Positions 1-19,048 of a stretch of DNA of 64,000 nucleotides are shown piece after piece (within the stretch, counting starts at the first letter, position 1; every line of letters starts with the position of its first letter). The DNA lies in contig CM119270.1 of NCBI GenBank assembly GCA_051294375.1, positions 1,200,311 to 1,264,310 on the forward strand, read 5' to 3'. The notes under the pieces are model-generated. The model saw nothing but the letters and a program-made list of their open reading frames with translations, was not told the DNA's origin and ran no database searches. This DNA is from Paraspadella gotoi (taxonomy: Eukaryota > Animalia > Chaetognatha). The translations under genes and the position numbers were made by a program.

Positions 1-50
1 ACAAGGCATATTTTCTTTCCCCCTACACCCCTCTCACGATTTCCCTCAAG

Positions 51-1534
51 AACTCGCCCCTTCTCGGCGACCCTTCTCCTGCCCATTTTGCGATCGAAAA
101 TTCCCGCAAAGATCCGACGCGAAAATCCACGCGAGCGAAAGTCACGCTCGTCGCGTCGCCGATCGGCGGTGGGCGAGAGCGTGGACGGGGGCGAGGGTGG
201 AGTGGGCGCGTCGAAGGAACGGGGTCTTGGAATCGGCGCAGGGAGATATTATAAGGAGGCGGCGCTTCGATCGTGTAACGGACGTAGAAGTGGAATTAGG
301 TGGGAAAGTAAAGGAAGATGTACAAATAGAAAGGGAATTTGAGGAAAAGGAATTAAAAGAATTAAGGGGAAAAGAAATTCAAAAATTGAAAGAATATTCG
401 CGAGAGAAAGAACTCGATTCGATAATCAAACGCGAAGTCGTTGATATGGACTTCGACAATAACGACTACGATTATGACGACGTCGACGACGACGAAGTTC
501 AATTGATCTTCGGAAACGAGGATCCAGTCGGAAGCGTCAAATGCTTCTATTGCGATTTTCGCCACCAACGAAGCTCCTTCGTCGAGAGTCACGTGACCAA
601 CGTTCACGAAACAATTTTGGAAGGTAAGTTCGAGGAAAACCGCAGCGAATTCGGAGTCGAGGAAAGTCATTTTGAGAGCGAAGCCGACGAAATTCGCTGT
701 GGAAACGAGAAAGAATCTCACGGATGTGAAGAAATATCGATTTCGGTGGATAAAGGGAGAAAAGTGAAACTGCAGCCCTTCGCTTTGGCTCATGTTCTCA
801 AATTATTCAACCGTCGATCGAAGAACCGTTTTAGTCACGAAAACGAAAAGACTAGAAAATTCAAACGCGAAAAATTAGATTCGTTTTCCTCTAAAAGTCG
901 AGTAGAACTCTCCAAATCCGATTCAGTTCTTTGCAATCTCATCAAGTCCGAGCAGAATCCCCACCATCGTCGCCTGCCGGAAATCGATGACCCATTCGAC
1001 CAATGGCACCGAGACCTTGGCGTCAAACATCGGCAACTGGTCCCGTGTCCCGATTGTCCTTTCGTCGGGGCCTCGGAGAACAAAACCAAGGCCCATCGTC
1101 GAAACGTTCACGTCCCGAAGCAATACGCTTGCACCGAGTGCGATCACAGGTCCAAGACCAAGAGCAATCTCCGATTGCATCGACGAATTCACGAGAGAGA
1201 ATCGAAGAAGGCGCCGTCGACTTCCGCCGTCCGTTCCCTTCAACTTCATTCCCCCAACGTCGTCGACGAGAAACCCTTCAAGTGCGATCAATGTCCCTAC
1301 GCCGGCCGAACCTCCTACAGCCTCCGACAGCACTCGTCGATCCACTCCACCGAACGCAACTTTGTTTGCGGCGACTGTGGCGCCAACTTCAAGCGCCGCA
1401 TCAACTTGTGGTTGCATCGCAAATGGTTTGAAAAGGGCGACACCGTCTATTGCGACCTTTGCGATTTCAGCGCCGCCAACGAGTTTCGATTGAAGAAGCA
1501 CAAAAGGGAAAAACATAGGAAGAAGTCGGGATGA
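51..1534 (+). CDS. C2H2 zinc-finger protein, terminal exon (gene starts upstream of the window)
   Basis: Frame is open from base 2. Pyrimidine tract + AG at 49-50 is a likely acceptor. 6-7 C2H2 fingers (CPFC..H..H at about 80-145, CFYC, CPDC, CTEC, CDQC, degenerate CGDC, CDLC). TGA 1532-1534. Confidence 0.8.
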
Positions 1535-2113
1535 CCCCTCGTCACACCCCCGTCCCCCTCTCTCCCCCCCCCTCCCGGTATCCTCACCTCGCAAGCCTCT
1601 TAGAGCCGATTAGAAAGTTACTTTGATGCGATCCTTAGTAGTTTCTTGTTATTACTTTTATTATTCATTCGGAACTTGATAATACAATTAACTTTTTGAT
1701 TTCGAGTTGATTTTGGTGATAATGGTTTTTTGGTTTGTTTATTTTCATTAGTTTGTAGTATCGTTGTCGCTGATCGAGTCATTCGTCTTTCTTCTCTTCC
1801 TTTTTCTTTTTTTTTTTTAATATAATGTACGATTCAATTTCTCTTTGTTCATGCACACTTCATTACTGTATAGTATTTTGCTGATTAATTAATTCTCTAT
1901 TAACAATCAAATATGTTGAATTCTAAAAGTAATATAAGAATAAAATATCGATCAAAGTGTTTCCTTTTGCCACATTCTTTTTTTCAACATCTTTTGCAAG
2001 GCGCCCAGCTAAAAACCAAATCATGACGGAGGTACCAATCTCCTGGAACCTTGGCCGCTTCTCATCGAGCCTCTTCTAAAAAAGTCTTTAGCCTAAGGCC
2101 TTAAGACCTTAGG

Positions 2114-5100
2114 ATGGAAAACTACGAGAAAGTCCGCGTGATCGGTCGCGGCGCTTACGGAACCGTCTACCTCTGCTCGCGTCTCAGCGACCGACGCCCA
2201 GTCATCATCAAGCAGATTCCCGTGGAGACGATGACCAAAGAGGAACGCCTCGCCGCCCTCAACGAGGTGAAGGTGTTAGAGATGCTGCAGCATCCGCTCA
2301 TCGTCGAATACTACGACTACTTCCTCGAGGACAAGGCTCTAATGATCGTGATGGAGTTTATGGAGGGCGGGACGCTCTTCGACTTTCTCCAGCAGCGTCA
2401 GGGTCATCTTCTCGACGAGGACGACGTCCTTCGCGTCTTCGTCCAGCTGCTCATCGCTCTCCAGCACGTCCACTCCAAGCAGATCCTCCACCGCGACCTC
2501 AAGACTCAGAACATCCTTTTGGACAAGTCCAAAGTCCTCGTCAAGATCGGCGACTTTGGCATCTCGAAAGTGCTGAGCAGCAAGTCCAAAGCCGACTCTC
2601 GCGTCGGCACCCCTTGCTACTACAGCCCGGAACTATGCGAGGGGAAGCCCTACAACCAGAAGAGCGATATCTGGGCGTTGGGCTGCGTTCTCTACGAGCT
2701 GGCCACTCTCCGCAAGGCCTTCGACGCCGGGAATCCCATCGCCCTCGTGTCCAAGATCATGCGCGGCGCCTTCGCTCCCATCGGCGACGCCTACTCCACC
2801 GAACTGGACGAGCTCGTTGTGGCGATGCTCCGGCTCGACCCTTCCAAGAGGCCGCGGATCGACGAGATCCTTTGTCAGCCTCTCGTCGTCAACGCTTACA
2901 TGAACTACTTCGCCAACGTGGGGAAGCTGCCCGCCGCTGCGACGGCGGCGACGGCGGCGGCGTACAAGCCGCATCGAGTTATTTCGTTTTCCACGGAGGC
3001 GGGAGGAGGAGGAGGAGGAGCTGGGAGAGTGAACGCCGCTGGAGGTGAAGGAGCGACCAAGTCGTCGTTGAAGCAGGTTAATTCTAACATTATCAAAGTA
3101 ATTTATTCATTAAGTTCATACATAACTTTTCTGAGACTGGAACGTGGCCAGACGAATTCTTTTGACGGTAATTGTTTGAATGTTCTGTTTATTTAAGAAG
3201 AGATTATTGAGCGTAAATTTTCATAAATAACCTCCCGATACCCTTAAAGTTAAACCTCTTTATCTATAACCTTGCAACCTTAGAGAGTGAGAGAGAATCG
3301 TCCGGCCCTGAACTTCTTTCCATTCGCCTGCCCACGTTTCACAGCCCAAGTCTTCCAACCCTCTGACCCGGGGTGGCTCATCCGGATCCCTTCTCCCGCC
3401 CGGCCTCTGTCCCCTCGACGCCATGGCGTTCCATTGCGGCTACGACCTCGCCCCACTCCCGCCCTGCGTTGTCTACTGCTGGGGCGGTTCCGCCGCGACG
3501 CCCCTGCGGCTTCCGCTGCCCAACGCCGAGACCGAAGTCGTGCAGGTGAGGAGGTGTGTCAGTTTGCAGGCTTTTAATAGACTCTCTCATTGTCTACCTA
3601 GTTAATTAACTTCCAAAAAACCTAGTTTCCATATCAATAAATTCGCATAATGTTGAAAAGGACCATTCTCTCAAGTATTCCTTGACAGATTTTTTTGGAC
3701 GCATTATGTGCAGAAAATTAAGGGAGTTCTCTTCTCATGGTTTCCATTTGCTGTCAGGAAATCGTTAGGTTTAAATGTATAACTAAATAAATATAAATAC
3801 TGTAACAAAACATCCCCGTGTAAGTTTTCATTGGCCTACGTAATTAATCATATCTTACACTCGCTCTTACTTTCGCCACTATCTCCAACTGCCACTCTTT
3901 CCCACCCCCTTCCCACCCCCGCTCTAGGTCTCCATCGGTCGCGCCCAAAAAGCCGGCGTCACCAAAGACGGTCGCGTCGTCCTCTGGGATCACCATGCCT
4001 CCTCGACCTTCGACTCTGGCGCCACCTATCGCTCAACGGCGTCGTCGTCGTCTTCACTCTTTTCTACTAAAGGCTCGACGCCGGGTAAGGCGGCGCCGGA
4101 GAGCGGCGCCGCCTCGGTGACTGCGCGGTTTTTAGAGGGACAGGCGGCGGTGACGATCGCGGAGGTTGCGTGCGGAGATTTGTTCGTCGGTGAGATTTAA
4201 ATTTTGGGACTCGGATTTTAAATTCTATTTCGGATTTAGATTTTAAAAAAGGATTTAGCATCTGAATTTTAAAAACAGATTTTGGATTAAAATTGAATTA
4301 TCTATTTAGTTTTAGAATATAGATTTTGAATTTAATTTCAGGTTTAGATTTTAAATACGATTTAAGCTGTAAAAATCCGTTGAGGATTTAGATTCGAATT
4401 TGATTGAGGATTTAGATTTTAAAAATTGATATCGGATTTAGATTTACCATTCGAGGATTAAAATTTAAAATTGTTTGATCATTAAACTCTCTCAATCCAG
4501 CCTGCCTCACTGATCGCGGTATTCTCATGACCTATGGTTCCGGCGCCAACGGTTGCCTTGGCCACGGCGCCACCGTCGACGTCCCGCAGACCAAAGCCAA
4601 GATCGTGGAGGCGCTGCTGGGCTACGAAATTGTGGGCGTGGCAGCCGGCGCCTCTCACGTCCTCGCTCTCACCAACGATCACGAACTCTTCGCCTGGGGG
4701 CGCGGCGACAACGGCCGCTTGGGTCTGGGCGACGCCGGCGTAATTTCGGCCGGCGTCGTCTCGAAACCGACGCCGGTTCCTTTCCCGCCTTCTCACCGCG
4801 CCGCCTCCGTCTTCTGCGGCGGCGACGCCTCCGTCGTACTCACCGACGTCGGCCGAATGTTTTGTTGCGGATCCAACCGGGCCAACAAACTGGCGCTGGA
4901 CGCCGCCGACGCCGCGGAGCGAGTGGTAGAGGAAGCGGCGTCGCTTCGTCCGACGCCGGACTCTTCTCCGCTATCTCGTCATCCGGTGGCGCGCGTCGCC
5001 ATCGGCGCCTCTCATTCCGGCGCCGTCACTCGCGACGGAGATCTCTACGTCTTCGGTTCCAATCAATTCGGTCAGCTCGGCTCGGCGGCGCCGGCGGAAT

Positions 5101-5405
5101 CCTCCTCCGCCGTCCCTCGGCGCCGCAATCAACGCGTGGCGCCGGTTTTGGCGCTGCGCGGTTGCTGTTTTGTCTCCTGCGGCGACACCTTCACCGTCGC
5201 CGCTTGTTTGGACGGCGCCGTGCGGAGCTGGGGAAAAAGCGCCCGAGGAAGGTTAGGGCGAGAAGTGAACGGCGACAGCGCCGACGCCGTTGCCATCGAT
5301 TTCGGCGTCGGTGAACCCAAGTTGAAGGCCGTCTCGTTGGTCAGCAGTCATGGGAACACGCTCTTGGCGGGGAAGCCGGCCGATGAGTTCGGAGTTGCGG
5401 AATGA
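2114..5405 (+). CDS. NEK8: NIMA-related kinase 8 (kinase + RCC1 repeats); exons 2114-3076, 3345-3545, 3928-4189, 4501-5405
   Basis: GRGAYG, HRDLKTQNILL, DFG and YYSPE kinase motifs. NEK8-type segments VYCWGG..PLRLPLPNAETEVVQV, QKAGVT, RFLEGQ..VACGD..ACLTDRGILMTYGSG. GT-AG phases join correctly. Confidence 0.93.
4195..4470. repeat. degenerate AT-rich minisatellite (GATTTAGATTTTAAA-like) filling NEK8 intron 3
   Basis: Many imperfect copies of ggatttagattttaaa across the intron. Confidence 0.6.
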
Positions 5406-5858
5406 GAGAGAAGGAGATGAAATCTGATGCGAAACTTGATCTCCCCCCGTCACTTCTCTATCCCTTCTTTTCCTCAGCTTCTTCCTCTTCCCTTTCTTGC
5501 TTTCTCCCTCTTATGTTGAGTCTTTCACGGCCTTCGCTTTAGGTTCATTAGATCGAATCTCGACCTTAATTCTTGTGAAAAACCTGGCATGTGACTTCTA
5601 GTAAAACCGAACTAGGCTTTTTTCACACGAGAAACTACTTCTGGTTATTATCCATAAATTGAACCTCTTCATTCAATCCTTACTTTTCTTTATACACCAG
5701 TTTATGATTTTTCAATCACTATACGAGCCTTAAATTTGTTGTTTTTTAACGCCACGCTAATTTTTCTCGTGTTACATCGTTATATATTTAATTAATGTTT
5801 TATTATATTTTACAAGAATGCTTGTTTAAATTCTGTGTGTTCGACTGTCGATCCCGCG

Positions 5859-8306
5859 ATGAATGTTGGTCTTACTTGGTCCGCCCGACGCTACTTCGCG
5901 ACGGGCGTCAGCCTTCGAGACAAAGCCTTTCTGGACTCCTTGGAGTTGATCGTCCAGGGTGGCTTCGGCGGGCGCGGCAACCCAAATCTGGGCGGTCGAG
6001 GCGGCGACGGTGGCTCCGTCTATTTTAGAGGAAAACGAAGCTTGAAACTTCATCATCTTCGCAAGAGATTCCCGGAACTTACCGTCCGCGCGGGTGAGTT
6101 ACTAATACTTTTAAGTTTAGTTTACTTTTCTCTTTTTTTTTCTTTTTCTTTTCTTTGCTCTATTTTCCTTATTTTTCTTTTCTTTTTAAATTTTATTTTT
6201 TTACTTTTTTTTTAGTTTACTTTCCTTTATTTAATTCTTTTTTTATTAGGTTAAGCCTTTTAGAATTAGAATCCGTTCTAAAAGAGTTAATTAAAATATC
6301 TGTATTGTCATTGAACATAATTATCCTCATCTTTTATTCCTCGTCGATTCCTCGTTTTATTTTTCTTTGATCTCGCCGCTTATTTTCTTTTTCTTCTTTC
6401 AATTTTACTTCGATCCTTTGATTTGGCGGGAAACAAAAATGCCGCCCGGTTTTTTTTTTTTCCTTTTTCCCAAAAATCTTTTCTGTTTGCTCACCATAAA
6501 CTTTTTTGGACAATGATTTAATTAATTGATCATTACTCGGAAGTGATGCGTATTTCGAACTAATTCAAACCCTTTTCCTCTCGCGATCAAAAAAGGCGAC
6601 GGAAAAAACGCGGAGCCCGTTCGTCTGCTCGGCGCTCCGGGCAACGACGTCATCGTCACAATCCCAACGGGCGTCACTGTGACGAATAGACGGGGAGTCG
6701 TCGTCGCCGACATCGACTCGACGGAGGAGCGCGTGTTGGTGGCGCCCGGCGCCGCCGGAAACCACGCCGCTAAGGGTGCGTTTAACACTTTTATATGAAA
6801 TAACTTTCATTAACTTAAACAAGACTATAAATCGACGTTTACTTCGGGTTTAGATATAACGCGAATGCGGAATTTAAAAGAAACAAAATAAGCAAAAATT
6901 AAGATTTTTATTAATTACCCTTGGTCAAGTTTTGTTTCAGTTATTATGTCTTGCATAATTTTGATCCATTTAATTGTATTTTCACTATGGAGAGGCAGTG
7001 AAAGTACAAAACAAGAACGGTAATTCGAATGTATTGCGCCGCAGTGACTGCCTTAATAAGGCATCATTATCATGTGTATTTCCGGTTGATCACGTTACTG
7101 CCGTAAGCATTCAACCCGCGCTGCATCGGGATTCCGTCTTTTATTCTTTATACGGTTTTTTAAAAAAACCTAAGGTAGTGCTAGTAGTCGCTTAGGTTCC
7201 AGGTTTTCAGCAAAAATGACAAAAGAGCAAGGAGAGAGTGAGTGAGTGAGTGAGTGAGTGTGAGCCAAAACTAATTTATACTATACTTATAATACTCACA
7301 GTGCATGTGATGACTTTTGAAGATTTAATCCATTTTTTTTTCAACCTTTATCGTAATACGTCATTCGTTTGCCTTATTTATTTGTTTGCCTCTTTCGGGG
7401 GAAACAAAATATGTACAATTTGATCTTCTTCCCTTAATGTTTTCTAAGAATGGTAAAAATGTATTGACGGAAAGAATATCATCCTTTAACTCTACACTAT
7501 TCTATCCCCAACTCCCCCCGCCCTGTCTCAGTCCGCAAAACCGTCCACCGCTTCCTTCGTCTCGATTTAAAATTAGTCGCCGACGTCGGCCTCGTGGGTT
7601 TTCCCAACGCGGGTAAGTCGACTCTCCTCACCCGACTTTCCAACGCGCGGCCCAAGATCGCCAACTACCCGTTCACGACGCTGCAGCCGCAGTTGGGGGT
7701 GGTGGATATCGATGGAGATCGGAGGCGGGTCACGGTGAGGACCTGAGGAAATGATTGTAAGAGAATACTACAATATGTAAATGAGATTAAAGAAATCGAC
7801 CCAATTTCTCCTCCGCCCTCTAGGTGGCCGACCTCCCCGGTCTCATCGAAGGCGCCCACGCCAACGTGGGTCTCGGCCACACCTTCCTCAAGCACGTGGA
7901 AAGAACGAAAGCGCTCGTCTTCGTCGTCGACATCAACGGATTCTGCCTCAAGGACACACCCCGCACGCCTTTCGAGACGGTGGCGCTGCTCACGCGCGAG
8001 TTGGAACTTTACGACGTCGCCTTGACGACGCGTCCCGCCGTCCTGTGTCTCAACAAGGTGGACGACGACGATCATCTTCCGCGGGCGATGGACGTCGTCA
8101 CGAAACTCAACGCCTTTGACGAGAGCTTGGCGGATTCGTCGTTGACGCCGGAAACCACGCCGCGGACGAGAATGCGATTCAGAGAAGTTCACGCGATTTC
8201 GGCGAAAGAGGGAGTGAATATCAAGTCGCTGGTGAAGAGTTTGGACGCTTTGATTCACGGAGAGAAGGAAGAGGAAAAGGATCGATCCAGGCGGCTGTTT
8301 TCGTAG
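5859..8306 (+). CDS. GTPBP10: Obg-family mitochondrial GTPase GTPBP10; exons 5859-6093, 6596-6775, 7532-7734, 7824-8306
   Basis: Short Obg Gly-rich N-terminus ([22 protein letters not shown]), [52 protein letters not shown]. Splice phases are consistent. Confidence 0.9.
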
Positions 8307-8408
8307 CCCCACTTCGTTCTCGTTGTTTTCTATGATTTAGCTGTTTTTCCTGTTATTTTTTTTGCCAATTCGACCGTTTTATTTTTTTTTCGCATTTAAC
8401 TAAAAGTA

Positions 8409-11082
8409 ATGTTTCACTCTGGAACCGGGAGCAAGCCGGTGGTCAGAGAAATCTTAACCCTTCAAGTCGGACACTACGCCAACTGCGTCGGGACTCATTG
8501 GTGGAATATTCAGGTGAGGCCGGACAGGGTAAGGGAACGGGTTTGGTTTAGAAATAATTATTTGCATAGCGCCTCTCTTCCCTTGTATATTTGTTAAAAT
8601 TTTAAGAGTTATGGTTCTCTGGCTTTTGTTAAATTTTGATCAGTGCCCTTGCGCCCTTTGCCAAATGTAAACAATTAATCTCAAATGTAAATAATTAATA
8701 ATAATAATAATAATTAATAATTAATTTGCAGGACTCGTCGTTCTGCTACGACCCCAAAGAAGCGGCTCGTCGACCCAAAGAGATCGAATCTGATTTTCTC
8801 TTCCGTGAAGGAAAGACTCTTCTCGACGAAGTCACCTACACGCCGCGATGCCTCGTTTTCGATCTCAAGGACTCACTGAGAACTCTGCGCCCGCTGGGCA
8901 ACCTTTACGCTTCGGCGCAGGTGAAGGATTCGCTAGATGCCTTTCGAATTTTCCAGTTTCACTGAGAACACGGGGCCCGCGGAGGTTAGGCGTGTGGGGT
9001 ACGAGACATGTAATCCTTAAGTCTGTTAATGGTTTTGAGCATCTTTGACTCGGTTCCTTTTTCAAATGTCGCTGCTAAGCTGATGATAAAAAAATGATAA
9101 AAAATCGCTAAGATAAGGGCGGGGCGCGGTGGTACCAGCCTCCTCTTCGATCCCAAGTGCTCGGGATTCCCCGACCGAACGGAAGCCTCCGTAGTCTATA
9201 TCTCATCGTAGGTTTTAGAAACGACGCTGGAGTCGGAGATCGCATTTCGTAAAGTTAAATTTTACGTCGGATAAAGCAGCGGTTTTCTTGCATTGGCTTT
9301 GCATGTTGCGCCTAATATAGAAAATATTACTTTTTTCCTTGCAGTCGGAACCCCCGGTCTCTTGGCCCGGCGACGTAACGCTCCACCAAACGGCTCCTCA
9401 CTCCAAGAACGAGTTCCTCCGCGATCTGGAGCGAGAAGAGTTTCTCCACTCGACGGGCGGAGAGGCGCCGCCGGCGAGGACGTCCGTCGGAAGCGACGCC
9501 AAATCCGACGCCGATGAAATGAGTCTCTCGCGAGGAAGGTGTTGATGGGAAAAGGGATCCTTAATTTAGTATTATATCAATTTTTAATTAAAAATAATAA
9601 TTAATATAAATTTTTAGCTCCAACGTTTCTCCTCCGAGCGGCGACGCTTCCTTCTCGCATAAAAAGCTCTACGATCTCGACGAGGAAGTTGAGGTGTGGT
9701 CGGACTTTCTTCGGCCGCATCTTCATCCGAAGACTGTCTCCATTTTGCCGCAATATACTCACGCCGACAAGAACGATAGCCTCGATGTCTTTAGTTTGGG
9801 AACGAGCATTTTCGGGGCGCATCAAGAGTAAGAATCTCGGAGTTTCGAGTTTTTGAAAACGAGGATTAATAATTTAAAACATTAATTTTTTTTTAGCTAC
9901 GAGGACGACGTGGAGGATCGTCTCCGTTTCTTCGTGGAAGACTGCGATTCCCTCCAAGGCTTCCAACTTCTCGTCGACGCCTTCGACGGAATCTCTGGCT
10001 TCGGTGCCGCCCTTCTCGAACGCCTCGCCGACGAACACGCCTCCAAGTGCACCATCGCCTTTCCGGTGTCGCCCGGCGTCTTCCGCGACTCCGCCGAGGA
10101 CGCCCTCTTGCTCCGAACCTACCGCGCCGCCAACGTGGTCTCTTCCTTCCAGGCGTTGGCGACCCACTGTAATCTGGTGGTGCCCCTCAACTGCGGCTCT
10201 TCCTTCTACGCCGGATCGAGACTCAAAGATTTTCCTCATCTCAATTTAAAACCGATTTATTATCATTCGGCGGCGGTTTTGGCCGCCGCCCTTGATTCCT
10301 TCACCGCTCCTTACCGCCGCTACGACAATCCCTTGTCCATGTCCGAACTGCCCGACGCCGTCGGTATTTCTGGCCGACGATTCGCCGACGCCTCCGTCGC
10401 TCTTCCTTTGCTCTTCGCTCGATCCGAGGGCGGACTCGTCGGCTCCCTGTTGGAGCCCGGCTCGGACACGCCCCCTTGGCGCGGCGTCTCGTCCTTCGTC
10501 GATGCTCGTTCGCTCTCCGGTGGCGCCTCTCGACGCCGGAAACTCGGATCCGCCCATCGCGTCTCGTCCGGCGCCGTCGCCGCTCAATCCGTGACGGTCG
10601 CCGGCGTTCCTACCGACGCCGTTAAGTGTCCGGCTTCTTCGTCGCGCCCAGATTCTTCGCGCGCCGTGACTCGATGCGTCACGGCCGAAGACGTTCTCTC
10701 CCTCTACCTGAGTCGAACTTACCCATCCTGCGCCTCGAGCCTTACCCTCCTGCGAAACGCGACCACGACGGCGGCGCCGTTTCCGCACATTTTCAACCAC
10801 ACCGTCGGTTCGGACGGGATCCTCCTCGACGACGGCGAAAAGCGATCCTCCCACATCGCCGTCGACGCGGCTCCCGTGGCCTCGGCGCTGCAGAGCCGCG
10901 ACGAAACCGGCCGTTCCCTGCTGCAGCTGGCCCGCGTCGGCGGTGGCATCGACCTGCAGCGTTTCCACAAAATCGCGCAGGCGTCGATGGAGGCGGAAGA
11001 GTTTGGGGAGAGCATCGTGGGGTTGAGACAAGCGGCGTCGTGTTACGGTGTGGAAGAGGAAGACAGCGAGGGAGAGGATTGA
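8409..11082 (+). CDS. MSTO1: Misato (tubulin/FtsZ-like) protein; exons about 8409-8513, 8732-8920, 9345-9537, 9618-9827, 9898-11082
   Basis: REILTLQVGHYANCVGTHWWNIQ, LFREG..TYTPR.L.FDLK, VWSDFLRPHLHP, EDRLRFFVEDCDSLQGFQ, PFPHIF are Misato/DML1 signatures. Confidence 0.92.
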
Positions 11083-11419
11083 AAATGAAGGGGTGTTGAA
11101 GGGAGGAAAGGGGTGTTGAGGGATTGTGGAATCGGGGAAGGGAAGGGTTTCTTTTAAAGATATAGAAATCGGAATCGCATGACTTCAAATAGTCCACAAA
11201 AAGATATTTTTGAAAACGGATATTTTGTTGACTTTGGTTTTTAATTTATTGTTTTTGAACATATATAGTTTTTACACTGCTACAGTTTTTTTAATTTCAA
11301 TTTCGCATCTTTATACATCGCTCAGCGACAGTTACGTAGTACACTAATAGCGACTTGAAAAAAGAAAGTTAGCTCGCTCGCTTTTCTCCCTCCCTCTCTC
11401 GCTATCTCTCTTTCTTGCC

Positions 11420-13857
<2,438 letters not shown>

Positions 13858-14772
13858 AGGAAGGGAAGAGGGGATTTGTGATTCAAGTGGGGGTTGGGGT
13901 GGGACCGGGTGGGTGGTAGGGGGTATGAAGAAAGAGGAAAAGGGAAAGTTTGATGTCGGGAGTGAGAATTTGTTAAAGGAAGGGGTAAGTGGAATGGGCA
14001 CTGGGATAATTAGCCGAAACCCTCCCATGCCTCTGACACGCACAGTTCCGACGTGATACCCTATTCCCAAACAGAAGAGGTGGCGCGGGGTGTCCTTTGT
14101 TTATATGAGAAGTTATTTTCGCGAAGAAAACAATTTTAGCATTATCGTTTCCTTTATCCCCCACGTTTCTCCGTTAAGTAAATGTAATTAATTAGAATTA
14201 ATTAACGATCGATTTAGTTTCATTTCGATTGTTTTCCCACCAACTTTTTCCCACGGCGACGCGATGCATTGACGCGCCTTTATTATTTTTATTTTTCGCG
14301 TTTTCCAAAAAAAAAAATTGTTTGTTTAACTTTAGTTCTACGATAAGTTTTTTTTAAAAATACTGCGGCTAAGATGCCATTGTCGATCGATCATGTGAAT
14401 TTAAACGACCGTCAAGTATGTGATAATATTTGACGCGCAAATTTCGATCAAATCATTAATTCGGTTTAAATTCGCCTAATTTTTGATGGATTTTTCTTGT
14501 ATTTGGAACGGAATCGTACTCGGTTTCTGTTTCCGTTAAATTTTTATTTAATTTTTTTTTTTTTTTTTTTGCCCCTTTAACTTAGTTCTTCTTTTCTTTT
14601 GAGTTTTACAGCTATAACCTTTTTTTCCAGTTAAACCGGCATTTAGTCAGTCAGGACCCTCGGTTTTCGAATAAGACGCAGTCAGTACAGTCAAGATTTT
14701 CCGCGACTCGAGTTGGCCAGTTGTTGTTTTCCCCTTATTTCTCGGAAATCGTTTTTTTTTTCGAATCTCGCG

Positions 14773-18389
<3,617 letters not shown>

Positions 18390-19048
18390 AAAAAAAAGAA
18401 TCAAATTGGAAGCCATTTTTCGTCGCGCTCTTTTTTTGTGCAATTTGTTCGTTCTCTTTTACTTTTTTGTGATCCAGTTGTCAATTTTGACAATGAACCC
18501 ATTTAGTTTTAAATTTACCCGACTTTAGTTCCGTTATTAGCTTTATTCTTACCAAAGTCTTTACTGATTTCGCGAGGAAACTTAATCCGTTTTATTGAGT
18601 TGCATTTTGTATTTTGCCATTATTTATCATGCTATTCTTTTTTGCCTCGTTGATATATTTGATCCTCTTTTGTTTTCGGGACGATCATGACGATTTGATC
18701 CCTCCTCAATCTTTGTTTGTTTGTTTGTTTTTTTTCATCGATAAAAGTTTCATTTTGGTTCAGATTTAATTTAAAAAACAAATGTAAATAAACTCCCGCT
18801 GTGATACAAAAACTTGATACATTCCCACCTTTAAAAAACTTCGAGATTAAACTAACGTGAAAACTGAACAAATAAACGAAAAAGAAAACCCGAAGAAAAT
18901 GTTCCAAAAATTAAACTGAAAACAAAGATAAAACAAAAAAAAAACATTAAACTCCTGGAATTTACATTCACGCAAAAAGCTTGCGAGACAATACCCATTG
19001 TCGCCTCGTTTTTCTCTCATTTTCTCCCACTGGGTAGAGACAGAGACA

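Noticed and set aside
9117-9190. HDV-like ribozyme (GGTACCAGCCTCCTC resembles the HDV P2-P3-L3 segment)
   Set aside because: No complementary P3 or P1 3' strand follows the loop, so the nested pseudoknot cannot be built.
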